A stretch of DNA of 61,694 bases, filler included, from Rhabdomonas costata (lineage: Eukaryota), in NCBI GenBank assembly GCA_019059605.1. It is 26 parts of 26 records of this genome, joined end to end, with 100 filler letters (N's around TTAATTAATTAA, not from the genome) between each part and the next. Parts side by side here need not be neighbours in the genome. Positions count along the whole stretch, not along the records: positions 11,883 to 14,167 come from JAHMHO010004336.1; positions 14,268 to 16,547 come from JAHMHO010004337.1; positions 16,648 to 18,926 come from JAHMHO010004338.1; positions 19,027 to 21,303 come from JAHMHO010004339.1; positions 21,404 to 23,680 come from JAHMHO010004340.1; positions 23,781 to 26,056 come from JAHMHO010004341.1; 20 more parts are not named here. One strand, given 5' to 3'. The translations under genes and the position numbers were made by a program. Every line of letters begins with the position of its first letter. The first letter of the stretch is position 1. A model generated the notes under the pieces. That model searched no databases, was not told the DNA's origin, and worked only from the letters and a program-made list of their open reading frames with translations. Positions 11,973 through 23,789 of the stretch are shown piece by piece.

Positions 11973-13108
11973 CCCCATAGGATCGCTGGCATTGATCGAG
12001 ATGTTGACCCCAGGCGAGTCCTCCATTAGGGTCACGTTGGTCGAGCCACTGAGAATGGGGAGGAAGTTGGTGTGGGTGACGTCGATGCTCACGGTGCCCA
12101 TGGCCCCTGGGTTGCTCATATTAGCCCGATGCAAGGCCTCCTCAAGCACTTCGTACTGGAAGGAGGCGTACCCAAGGCCCCAGCCATACCCTGAGCTCTG
12201 GAACATCACCCCACAGCCAGGGTTGGTGACCCTGGTGCCCGGGTTGGTGATCGCGGAGGAATCGCTGAGTTGGTGCAGAGTGCCTGCAAAGCGATGGAAG
12301 CGGGGGAAAATTCATGAGGCGGTAACGGGCAGCGGTGTTCGAGTAACACATTCGGCGTTACTTTAGAATTGTACCCACCTCTGTCTTCAGGTTCTTTTTG
12401 AGATGCTTACGCTTTATGATCTTTTGGAAATTGTTGGAGATGACAAGAAGCGAAGAAAATGGATGGAAAAGTACAAGATTATGTGTTTATTGGCTTCTTT
12501 GACGTTACCTTTGGGGGTTGGGATTAGGGTTAGGGTTAGGGTTAGGGTTAGGGTTAGCGTTAGGGATACGGTTAGGGTTAGGGTTAGGGTTAGGGTTCCT
12601 GGCCGTGGGTACAATTCTAAAGTAATGCCACACATTCACGCACCTGCTCGACTTTGGTACTTTCTCGAAACTAACCGAAGTGTGTCAAAAATAAAACCGC
12701 ACCCATATAGGGTTCACATAATACATTACCGTTACATTATCATTACAAGGTTTCACATCGCCTCACACCTCACAACCGAAAGCAGTGGACTAGGAATTTT
12801 CGGACTCGGAAAATAAAGATACGGGTGCCTAAAAACTGGTTTATACAGAGCTGTTTTCGCATCCTTTCGTCCTGCTCTATATTTGTTTCAGTAGAGGTCA
12901 GGTTCGGAGTCACGAAACCAGAAGTAGTCAGAAAGAGAAAATTGCGCAGACCTTGGTGAGGCAACACTCTGATCACGCAGTAGAGGAGATCCCCGTCTTC
13001 ATCGCCATGAGGCAACTCCAAAAAGAGCTGCTTGAGCGAGGGAACACTCATCGTGACGGTCTCCGGAGCAGCGGTCGGGGGATGGTTTTTCCGCAAAAAC
13101 ACTTTACC
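11973..13108 (-). CDS. Ig-like/cadherin-like (Big_9/tandem-95-type) repeat protein, 2 exons (partial)
   Basis: Exons 13108-12952 (NHPPTAAPETVT...DEDGDLLYCVIRVLPHQ) and 12283 to about 11973 (GTL...YASFQYEV...GTVSIDVTHTNFLPIL...VTLMEDSPGVNISINASDP), joined by a phase-1 GT-AG intron. The NxPPxA, DxDGDxL, PxxGTL, SFxYxV and VxIxVxxxNxxP pattern is typical of these repeats. Confidence 0.65.
12524..12595 (+). repeat. Interstitial telomeric repeat (TTAGGG)n
   Basis: 12 in-register hexamers: 10 perfect TTAGGG plus TTAGCG and ATACGG, preceded by a degenerate ttgggggttggga. It lies in the intron of the Ig-like gene. Confidence 0.95.
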
Positions 13109-13988
13109 CTACAGACAGGCACAGGAAAATGTCGCTCCAAAGTTTTCGTATGCCGTAAAGTACCAGTGGATATATGAAAACAACGATTTTTTTGTCGCTC
13201 CGTTGTCTTTCACGTTCGTCATTGTTGGTGGTAGGAGGTGAGAACTGACACCAGAACGGGGCGTGCACGATGACAAATACACCGCCCCAGCCCGTGGCGC
13301 GGCCGGAGCGGGCGGCTGAGGCGGGAACGTTGCCTGGAGGTAGATTTCAATACTATTTGGCGATACACGTCAAACCGAAGCATGTACACTAGCGTTTAGG
13401 TGGGCCTCCGGATTTAGTTCCGTCCTTTGTCGTATAACGCCGTTACATCGTATAAAGCCGTTATCCGGGGAGCCCTCCGGAGCAACTTCGAGCAAACCCA
13501 AAAACGCACGGTGAAAAAGGCCCCTATCCCCACCGGGACCGGGACCGGACTGTTCCGTTTGACACTTCATCCTGGGAGAAAAGGAGAGCCCGGGGCTGCG
13601 GCGCGAACAAAATAAGGTCCGAAACGTGATTTTCGTGCCCAAACGTGATCTGCGTGATTAAACGTCTCTTATGTTCTAACCCCAAAGGCGATGTAAGGAC
13701 GCAAAAGGCAATTACTTTCTAAAATTTTTCCATACAATTTCTTTCCAGACAAAAAACTACGAAGTCCGTGTTTTTTTGGGGAGCGATCTGTTATAGAGCG
13801 CCGGTTAGCCAATGCCACCGTCGGAGCGTCGGCGATATCACATGCTATCATCGGCACTTTTGCTGAGAATTGCTGAGCACAAGGCGGTAATACTACAGCC
13901 ACCTCGTTTGTCTGAAAAGCTCAAACAAACGGAAAGCGTCCCGAGAGTCCCGAGACACCTAGACGCGGGCAAAATGTGAATAGTGTGA

Positions 13989-14158
13989 GATAAAGGAACG
14001 TCCAGGATTCATAGAAAGAAAATATGCACAGCGTATTAAAAAAGCGAGAAATAAAACACCGTCGCAGTGCTCCTGTCGTCCAGAACGGTGTTTTATTTCT
14101 CGCTTTTTTAATACGCTGTGCATATTTTCTTTCTATGAATCCTGGACGTTCCTTTATC
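13989..14158. repeat. Contig-end inverted repeat (fold-back)
   Basis: 74-bp arms at 13989-14062 and 14085-14158 are reverse complements around a 22-nt loop, followed by a non-matching tail acacacaac. Confidence 0.9.
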
Positions 14159-14337
14159 ACACACAACNNNNNNNNNNNNNNNNNNNNNNNNNNNNNNNNN
14201 NNNNNNNNNNNTTAATTAATTAANNNNNNNNNNNNNNNNNNNNNNNNNNNNNNNNNNNNNNNNNNNNCCTGAAGTATTGTCTTTGCTTTACGTTGCTTCA
14301 TACTTTAGTTTCGCTTTATTCCCAATCCTCTCTATCA

Positions 14338-14341
<4 letters not shown>

Positions 14342-14368
<27 letters not shown>
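14342..14368. repeat. (CT)n microsatellite
   Basis: Seen directly in the sequence. Confidence 0.95.
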
Positions 14369-14371
<3 letters not shown>

Positions 14372-15867
14372 GGGCTTGTTGGCCGGCAGGGTTTCATATA
14401 CTCGGGCTTTGCTTTTTCCCGAAGTGCCTCGGTTAGATGTTCTTGCTCTTGCGTCGCCTTTGTCCGCAACTTTCTTCCAATTCAACCGCTCCCATATATA
14501 TTGCGGAGCTTCCTGACCGGATTTATCCAAATAGAGAACATCTTCACCACCTCTTGGTTTTTCTGAAGGCTGATCTTACAAACGGATTTATATCTCTGCT
14601 CTTATATTAATTCAAATCGATGCGAGAGCGGAACTTCCAATCTTAAGCTCGTCAACAATTCCCGTCCAATCCCGTGGATGGACCAATTTCTCAACCCCGG
14701 GGCAATGACTTTGAAAATGCCGACGGATACGAACACCAACTTGTTGTAGAGCTATTAATCTTCTCGAAGACTCGGCTACGTGTTCTGAGCCGTTGGTTGG
14801 CTTGATAAAAAACCCGCCCTGTTCGATTTCTGCGGCACGCAACGCCCGGCGCGAAGTTCGTCTTTTTCTTCGGGTGGGGAACTGACCAATGAGCCGGCCC
14901 GGTTTCGGGCAAACGGCGCTTGGAAAAAGACGCGGAACGGGATGGTCCGCACCGGCGCGGGCCCAAGAAAAGCACAAAAGATCCACAAAGGGGCGCCGGG
15001 GAAGGGGCAAACCGGCAGCACATTGCACATTGCGGGGGCAAAGCAAGGGAAGGGGAACCAAGCAAACGGAAAACCGCAAGCATTGCCCGGACCCCCATGT
15101 AGGGCAGCGGCATACATGGCGCGAAGGCAACGCCCAAACGCACACAACCAAGCACAAGGTTTGTGTCGGCCTTCCTGCTTTGAACCGGAAGAAAACAAAG
15201 AAACAAAAAAAGCAAAGGGAGCCAAGAAACGGACAGAGCAATGGAATCAGTTTTGCGTTATCACGCCATGGAAAGTTTGATAAACCGTCACGCAGAGTGG
15301 GGTCCACGAAGGAATTGGGTCCACAAAGACCGTGGGATATCAGTTGAAGGCCTTCACATGGGGAACTACTGGACCAAGACCAAAAGAAACTTCGAGCCGA
15401 TCTGGTTCATAGATCATAATGGCGTGACCCTCTCAACCGGGCCCATGTGTGGACACGGGTGCCGGGCAACAGTGCCTTAGTGCCTTGCACAATGTGCCGG
15501 AACTGCAGTTGTCGGTAAATCCTTGCGTGAGTTTTGTTTGTAGCCTTAGTAGAGCTAGCCAGCTACTGTTCGTCATATGCGAAAAAATACAAAATACCCA
15601 AGATTATTATATGATGGGAAAATAAATATGGCGCGCAAAAAACCGCTGATGTGCCCTGAAGTTCCTTTTAGTTTCTGAACCTAGTTATCCGGGCAGAACT
15701 TTCTCTCTTTAGGTGAACGCACGTAACGTTTATGCGAGCGCAAATTTTACCCTCCCCTTCACGTTGCTCGGAACTTTTCTACTTTGAACTTTTCTACTCC
15801 GCTGTATTGGGCTGATGGCGCATCAAAAAAAAGCCCCAGGGTTTGCACAACTAGCTGCACGCCAGAT

Positions 15868-16379
15868 TCATTTTGGGGGAGGAATGATGTGAAGCTCAAG
15901 CCCAGCACCCTGCAGCAGGGAAGGCAGAGATCGGAGGCCTTTCTTCATAGTACCCTTTCCGCGGTATCGGCCCTTGGAACCACCGCCTTTACCACCGAGC
16001 GTCTCAGCCACCTTAGGGCCCAGCTCAGCCACTGTCTCAGCGGGGCCACACACAACAAATTGTAACTCTGTAGGACAAAGGGCGGAGAATGGCCGAATAG
16101 TTCCAAGCACTTCTGGGGAATTCGAAGCCAAAGTCAGGACTGAATGCTGCGAAAATCTGTCTTTGAGCAACAGGAAAATATTATCGGTGATGGGCACAGT
16201 GGCTGCACACCTCAACTTCACTTATGAAGCGAAGATCCCCCTAGCATCACCAAGACGTAAGAAAAGAAACACCTTGGTTCTGCGCCGAGGGGCCGCAAGT
16301 CAGAACTTGCAGCAGGCCGGGGTGGCCCCTGCTCAGCGTATCAGCAAATACACCGAGAAAGTCAATGTCCACGTCATCC
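15868..16379 (-). CDS. AARSD1: Alanyl-tRNA editing protein (AlaX/AARSD1), last two exons
   Basis: Exons 16379-16273 (RDDVDIDFLGVFADTL...LLQVLTCG) and 16067-15868 (LQFVVCGPAETVAELGPKVAETLGGKGGGSKGRYRGKG...TGA). This is colinear with the AARSD1 C-terminus (LGPRVAEVLEGKGAGKKGRFQGK). Confidence 0.8.
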
Positions 16380-17479
16380 CTATGAAGAAGCCCCCCGCTT
16401 CAAGCACATCCAAAGACTTAAGCAAGTAAAGCTTATCCATATCTGAAAAAAACAACATCCGGAAGTCAGAAGTAAGAGGCACTTGAACCATTGAATTGAG
16501 GAGGTAGTCACCAAGAACTGCGGGTTTTTGGTGACTACCACCCCAACNNNNNNNNNNNNNNNNNNNNNNNNNNNNNNNNNNNNNNNNNNNNTTAATTAAT
16601 TAANNNNNNNNNNNNNNNNNNNNNNNNNNNNNNNNNNNNNNNNNNNNTTGTTTTTTTAACGCCTATGCACCGTGCGTTTGGAATCATCGCAATGGAGTAG
16701 CTGTGTCCTGTGATCTGCTGTGCCTCCCCCAACCCGGCCGTCGTCGGGCCGCCCGACTGCATAAGAAAGAGCCACGTGCCTGCACGCTGCCAGGAGGTCC
16801 CCGGCAGCCGGAGCCCGAGCTTGCTTGGAAATGTTGGCACCCCTGTTTGAACTGCATTTGTTGTGCTGCAGCTCATCTTCTGATTCTAAATTTGCTGCCT
16901 GAGTTTTTCGAGGTTTTGGCTCCGTTGAACGGAATATTATTTGTGATTTAATAATTGGGCACAAATGGCGTTGCCAGAATTTTATCCACGCTCTATTCCA
17001 CGGGAGTTCGCGAGGCTGTACAAACTGATGGTTCCAAGCCTATCACTTTTTTTTTGGGGGGGGGGGGGTTGTACAGTCTTTTAATGCTTCAAACTGTAAA
17101 GTGGCGCCCTTGCACACAGAGCTCCAGCGTAGCCCCAAGTTCTTCCGAAAGTTTCTCACTGTGCTGAAGGAAAAGAGCAGCCCTATATCGCTCCTTCAGC
17201 GAAGGCAATAATGCGCCCTGTGTTCCATGGCAACCACACTACTCAACATCACACTACACAGGCAAGGAAGCAGGAATGTCAATGCATTATGTCCGCACCA
17301 AAATAATCGCCCCCATCCGGACATATTTTGTGCTTTCTGCTTTCTTCTTGATTCCTTGATGCTGTCGTCATATCTGGACACACGCTACCTTAGTCTCAGC
17401 TTGAAGCCCTTTTTCTCACCATTTGTCTGGTGTGGCGGGTTGGTTTCTGTAACGGTGCAGCGGAAGAAGTTGATTTCCC

Positions 17480-18694
17480 ATGGCGAAGCGGTTTGTGAAC
17501 TCCGGGCGGGACGTTGTGGAGGATCTAATTGAGGGGCTTGTTCAGGCCCACCCGGGACGACTGGCCCGTCTTTCAGGGCAGCCCGTGGTGGTTCGTGCAG
17601 AGGTGTTGTCTTCGGGAGAGGCCCGAGCGGCCCAGGTTGCGGTGATCAGCGGTGGAGGTTCCGGGCACGAGCCTGCCCATGCGGGGTTTGTGGGGCCGGG
17701 CATGCTCAGCGCAGCCGTTCTGGGCAAGGTTTGTATTTGGGATGCTGCGGGGTGAGTGGACCAACAAGCCATCGTAATTGAAGCTTCCCTTCCCTCCTTT
17801 TTCAAATGTACCCAGAAATTCCCTTTTTCTTTGCTGGCTCCTTCCTCAATTTCTTCTCCGGTTTGCATCCCTCTTGCTGTCTGCTTACTAGCATGGCCCA
17901 AGTGCCCAAGTGCTGTGCACAACTCATTTTGGTCCCCAACCGACAACAGAGGTTGAGGCATTCCGCGCAATGCTCGTTGCACTCTCTCTTGTGCACGTTG
18001 GGAAACGAAAGCTTTCGACCAAAACACCGCTTTTGGATCCAGTGGTAGAAGTGTGTGTTAGAAGTGTGGTAGAAGCAGGACGAGCTCCACCTTGCTCCGG
18101 AACGCAAAACCCTGAAGCTAGTTGGGATTAAAGTAGTTAATGCAGGCGGAATTGCAAGGGTTGCTGCAGCACCCCACATCAAAGTAAGTTATGGCCCCCA
18201 CGCAATGTGCGTTCCAGCTGCGCCTGCAGGCTCGCCGCACCGAACGTTGGCCTCCTTTTATCTTATATTGGTCTCAGTCGCGAATAGCAGCAAAACAGAC
18301 AGATTGTCCAGTGTTCGCTGGTCACAAGGGCACAATTAAATGGAACAACGGGGGGAATTTGGTGTGCAACAGTCTTCGTCCTGGGTTGTGGAAGGCCGAG
18401 AATAATGGTCAGCAGGCAATCCTTTGGCAAAAACTTAGGGAGGTTTAATATCGATCATGAAAAGGCCCGCAGGGGGGTCACCTCAAACCTGCGCAGGTGT
18501 TCTGCTCGCCTCCTCCGGGCTGTGTACTGGCTGCGATCCGCGCGGTTACCGGGCCCCTGGGGTGCCTTCTGGTGGTCAAGAACTACACCGGAGATCGCTT
18601 GAACTTTGGCCTGGCCTGTGAGCAGGCCCGTGCGGAGGGTCTCAAGGTGGCCATGGTGGTGGTCGGGGACGACGTTGGGGTGCCCCAGGCCCCG
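17480..18694 (+). CDS. DAK1: Dihydroxyacetone kinase / triokinase, first two exons
   Basis: Exons 17480-17728 (MAKRFVN...[31 protein letters not shown]) and 18497-18694 (VFCSP...[21 protein letters not shown]...VVVGDD), joined by a GT-AG intron. The DhaK motifs are unambiguous. Confidence 0.96.
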
Positions 18695-19027
18695 GTGAGC
18701 TCGCGCAGGTGCTGTGGCTGATGGAACGCGGTGTCTGGGATTGTTTTTTGTCCTGTCGTAATGCGAGATCACTGTTAAATCGAGGTCTATCATCTATCAT
18801 CGTGCAGTGTGAACTCCTGACATAGTTGAGCTGCTGATCTAAATCAGGAAGTCAATAAAGCCCCCCCCCCTTTGAACAAAACAGGAATGCTGATAAAAAT
18901 GCGAAGGGCGCAGGAAACACAAACCCNNNNNNNNNNNNNNNNNNNNNNNNNNNNNNNNNNNNNNNNNNNNTTAATTAATTAANNNNNNNNNNNNNNNNNN
19001 NNNNNNNNNNNNNNNNNNNNNNNNNNG

Positions 19028-19140
19028 GTGTGTATGTCTGTTGCTGCGCATGGGTGACTCACCTCCATGGCCTCAAGAGTCGGGCGCTCCTTTTGAGCCC
19101 ATGGAGGTGAGTCACCCATGCGCAGCAACAGACATACACA
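19028..19140. repeat. Contig-start inverted repeat (fold-back)
   Basis: gtgtgtatgtctgttgctgcgcatgggtgactcacctccatgg pairs with ccatggaggtgagtcacccatgcgcagcaacagacatacac, around an imperfect inner stem. Confidence 0.9.
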
Positions 19141-21725
19141 CACTTCCGCCTCCTCAACTGCTTCCCTGTGCCAGCCGCGCAGAGATGCGAGGCCTGAGCC
19201 CTTCAGGCGAGTTCTTTCCCGAGATCGCAGATGTAGACTGCGGCTGCGCGTCTGCGGCAGGTCGCTCAGTATCATCCTCATCTCTCGCGCTGCGGGCCTG
19301 AACCCATCCGTCCCCCCAACCAAAAACTCGGCATTGCGGATCAAGCATCATCAGAACCATAAAAGAAAAGTGAAGGAAGATCATTTGAGTGTGGAATTGC
19401 TCAGCAATGCAATCCGCGAGGTCTTTAAACCGCAACCAAACCGCCCACAGTATCTCATTTGCGAAATCTTGTGTCCAGGAGGCTGAAGTGAGAGAACCCG
19501 AAGTCAAGAATTGCAGTGGGGCAGGAAAGAGCAGGGGGGGGGGCTACGTTCAACATCGGGAACACGTTGTTCTGTCGTTCTGTCGTTTTGTGCAACAGAC
19601 AGTCTGTGAGTCCGTGAGTTCAGCAATGCAGCGTTCGTTCATGAATGAATTCGTGCTCGAATGGTTTCAAAGTCCGGCAAGGTGAGACACTCACACAGGT
19701 GGAAGGCCAGCTTTCCTAACATAGGGCACGGCCCGTGGGCAACGTGATCACTACCTGCGTGACGACATCGCGTCTAACCGCCCCCCCCCCGCTGGTTGGA
19801 GGATGCTCAACATTCGTGGTGCTGTGAATACATATATGAGGAGGGGAGGGGGCCAGCACACCTTGTCTGCATCTTCTCGGGCCTTGACCAACATCTCGTC
19901 CAGGACGTCGCAAAGCTTCCCTGATCGCATCGGAAAATCGCACATTGGAGCAATTGCCACTTCCGAATAAAAACCGCACATAAGAACGCAGGAGCAAATC
20001 GTGCGGTTGTGCACCCTATATTCCATGTACCCCTTTCAAGCGATGCAACGGATCGTAATAATTGTCCGGAGTACCATAAATGGCCACCAAAGAGACGTTC
20101 ACAGAAGGAAATACAGGCGCCCTTTGCTTCATAGTGCATAAAAATGTATAAAAAATGCACGTTGAGATGGACGTCGGGGAAGGCGGGGAAGGACCTGGGG
20201 CAAAGCTGACCACGACTTCCCGAAAGTCGCGCTGCAGCTCCTCCCCCAGCGCCAGAAGCTCACTCAGCCTCGACGAAGCAATCTCCGTAAAGCCCTTCCC
20301 CTTCTCGCTGTGCCAAATGCCCCCCCCCCGTACACACACCATGCATCTTGCACCATGCAAATATGGCACTGGAGGTCCAGGCAAATTTTGAGAAGAAACC
20401 ATAGACTAATTCCATTGTTTTTTGGTCGAAATTCTTGCTGGCCTTCTTGAGTGGCACAGCTTAAGTTTAGGGGCGAAGGGCAACGCCGGGGCGCAGCAGG
20501 AGCGGGCGTCTAAGGCGACGGCGTTTCCTGGGGTGTAGATTAGGGTCTTGGGTGCTGATGGTCCAGCGTGCCGAAGCCACCAAGTGAGTTTCAGACTTTG
20601 GCTTGCAACGACGTTAGATCGCGGTGGGCACTATTTTTTTTTTGGCAAACTCACACCTGTTCCCAGGTGAAAGAAGAAGGGATATTTCTCCTTGCGTCAT
20701 CCGTATTCAAGTTCGCACTATCGCACAGCGAACACCCCCCCCCCCAAAAAAAAACGCCAGCAAAAGTGTCTCCCTTTTAAACACCCACTCCCGTATTCAA
20801 ACACGAGAGCTTTATACGTGGCAGGCGGCAAGGGCAGATCACGTAGCTTGGCCTCCAGCGAGCCCAAGGTGATCGAGGACATGTCCGCAGTGTCCAGAGT
20901 GGAGGGCTTGCTGCGAAAGTATGATGGGATGTACAGCTCCGTGCTGTCCGGCTTCAGCCCCTCAGCGGCAAGTAGCGCCCTCTTGGTCTCTGAGATCGCC
21001 GGCTTGGACAGGGCTCTGCGGTACGGGGAAGGAAATAACCAAACTAGCAAACTGGCGCTAGCAAGGAATACCTAAGGAAAGGTATGCACCCCCCTCCCCT
21101 ACCTAACGGATATGCACCCGCTGGTGCTCAGGCGGGAATCTGCACATCCAATAAAACACGGAAGAGTAAATCCCGTGCGGCATCGAAATGTTCGCACGCA
21201 TCTCGCCTTTTCGCCTGCATCGCCCCTTGACCCCTGCGAGAACAACCTATAAACCGTTGCTGTGGGAAACCTTTGTTTGAAAGAAAAACAAAGGTTTCCC
21301 ACANNNNNNNNNNNNNNNNNNNNNNNNNNNNNNNNNNNNNNNNNNNNTTAATTAATTAANNNNNNNNNNNNNNNNNNNNNNNNNNNNNNNNNNNNNNNNN
21401 NNNGTGTTGGGTGTGATTGGGGTGTTTTGTTCTTGGGAGGCCTCGAGCACTGTGTCAGCAAGTATTATGCCAAGTATTATGCACACTCTTCCACCGCAGT
21501 GTTGTGAGACATTGTGGGCCAGAGAAAAAAGGCAAAAACAAAGTGTGAGCTCGAATGAGCTCCAATTTAATGTTTCCTGTTTATGGCCTTCCTCCGCTTG
21601 TGTCCATTCATCGGGTCGTTACGCACGTTGCCACTCCGGCTGCTTGGGCATGCCTTCCGTGCAGTGATCGTGATTGTAATGTGTGAGTTTGATTTGCAAT
21701 CAAACAGACCCTTTTTTCTTCGCAG

Positions 21726-22334
21726 GGCGAGCTTCCGTCGAAGGAGATTATTTCTGACCTCAAGCGCGGTTGCCTCATCAACGACATAGCCGAGCTGGAC
21801 TTCACAAAGGAGGTGAAGATGGGCATCGGTGCCTCAGGTGGGCCTTTCGAACTCCCTCTCTCTTAACTGCACTCTCCATTACCTTGTCTTGTTTTTCTTG
21901 TTGCTCTTTTTTCTTGTCCAAGGGTTACGCGCTGAACAAGTGGCCTACTGTCGTTTTCCTTCATTTGCAGAGCACGTCCGCTCCCACCTTGTCTGTGAGC
22001 GTTGAACCATTAGTAGCACTGACCAAGCACCCCCCCAGTATTGCTCTCAGAGCAGGCCCAATCAGGTGATCCAGGAACGTGACAACACCTATAAATCCAG
22101 CTCGGTGGAATCGGACGGCATTCAGCTGAACTGCGTTCCCGTTTGTAATTTCGGGACTGTGTGTAGCTTTGGTCTTGGGTTGTCAGCCATGATGCTATAT
22201 GAGGCTATATGAGGTTCTCGTATGGTTCACCTTCAGGTCGGGTGACAAAGGTGCAGCACGTCCCGTCAGGGGAGTATGTAGCGATCAAGCGGATCCCCAT
22301 TCACGACGATGAGCTCCGGAGGGAGATTCTCAAG
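21726..22334 (+). CDS. Protein kinase, STE7/MAP2K-like, subdomains I-II (2 exons, partial)
   Basis: Exons 21726-21837 (...ELDFTKEVKMGIGAS) and 22237-22334 (GRVTKVQHVPSGEYVAIKRIPIHDDELRREILK), joined by a phase-1 GT-AG intron. They contain the GxGASGxV Gly loop and the VAIK lysine. Confidence 0.8.
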
Positions 22335-23789
22335 GTCTCAACATTGCCCCTTTCCCCCGATGCTTTAGATTTACTCTTGGAATTTTTTTTTTCAAATTCG
22401 AATTTCCGAAACATAGTGCCAGCCAGTCATTTTCCGTGTCGTTTGCTGGAATAGGTGAAAGCTGTCAAAGGCCAAAGGGCACACACACACACACACACCA
22501 CTGAAGTGCGCGTTTTTGTTAGAAGTGACTAAGACAAAGCACACCACAGGCATCAGGCAGTCGAAACCACACCCCCCACGCAGAAGGGCAGCGCACACGC
22601 AGGCATTTTTCCAAGAGGATTGGGTTTTCGAGTTAACGCGCACCATTGTAGCCCAGCCACCCCAGAAGGAGGAGAAAGCATCACAACCGTCAGGTCACCG
22701 AGGAAAAGCAGGAGTCTCGAAGGACCCCGCACCGCACCGAGAAAGGCGTTTGAGTGTAATCAAAGCCAGGTACTTGGTGTATACCAAGGCAGATCCCAAC
22801 GCGCGTGAGAGGTGTTCGGAAAGCCACAAGCCGGGTCCGCAGTCCTGCGAACCCAACGCGACAAGTGAGTGGCCAGGAAGAGGTTTTGCCCTAACAGAAA
22901 CAGAGGCAGAGGCAGTTGAGGTTGACCATTACTTTCTCTTGAACGGCGCACTTAGTAGAAAACTGCAGGACTTGACGACACCAAAACATCACATGCATAC
23001 TGGTTGCACCGTCTGGGCATCTTGGTATTGGAACATGGGGCCCGGTAAGGTGGCTTCTGATACACAACACGTCTATAACACCCCGAATCTATTCCCTATC
23101 TAATCAATGTGAGTTTGATGTTAACCTTCACACAACGGGAAGCGCCGTAACCAGAGAGCAGATCATCACCAAAGCAAACAGAGACATCTAATTCAACACC
23201 AGATTGCACCACGAGACAACAAACAACCATGCAACACCGCATATACCACATGACACAAAACGCACAGGAAGAACACAGAAGCACCATTTGCATGAATACC
23301 GCGCAACACCACCCCAGCATCCAACTCCCAACCCGCAGCCACAGAAGTCAAAGCCTCTAACTCGGCAACAGGACAATACCGAATACCGACACGCAAGAAA
23401 AAACCGCTTAGTCAATTATACACCCACACACATACCTGCACTGAATCCCAACAACACCGACCATAAGCCCTCTGCTAAACCACTTGCAACATGGCGGGAG
23501 AACCCAGAAAAAAACGGAGACAGGTAAAACAGACGTGAATCCAGAAGCCGAATGCAAACCACACCACAAAAACTACAAACAGGATTGCAACAAGAACCGA
23601 AACCTAGATCAAAACACACCAAAGCACTAAGGAACCAACACCCACCAACGCGAACACCCGTTAGAATCCACACACAACCANNNNNNNNNNNNNNNNNNNN
23701 NNNNNNNNNNNNNNNNNNNNNNNNTTAATTAATTAANNNNNNNNNNNNNNNNNNNNNNNNNNNNNNNNNNNNNNNNNNNNGTTGGTGGT

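Noticed and set aside
12403..12816. ORFs with VRVRVR, LTLTLT, HTHTHT or poly-His runs (also at 37431-38003 and 38724-39224)
   Set aside because: They are translations of telomeric or microsatellite repeats.
14612..15347. Several long overlapping ORFs (149-231 aa)
   Set aside because: No motifs, and they are open on both strands in GC-rich sequence. At most a short unidentified exon at about 14612-14830.
19154..21075. Scattered exon-like GC-rich blocks on both strands of this contig
   Set aside because: I could not join them in a consistent phase or assign them to a family.
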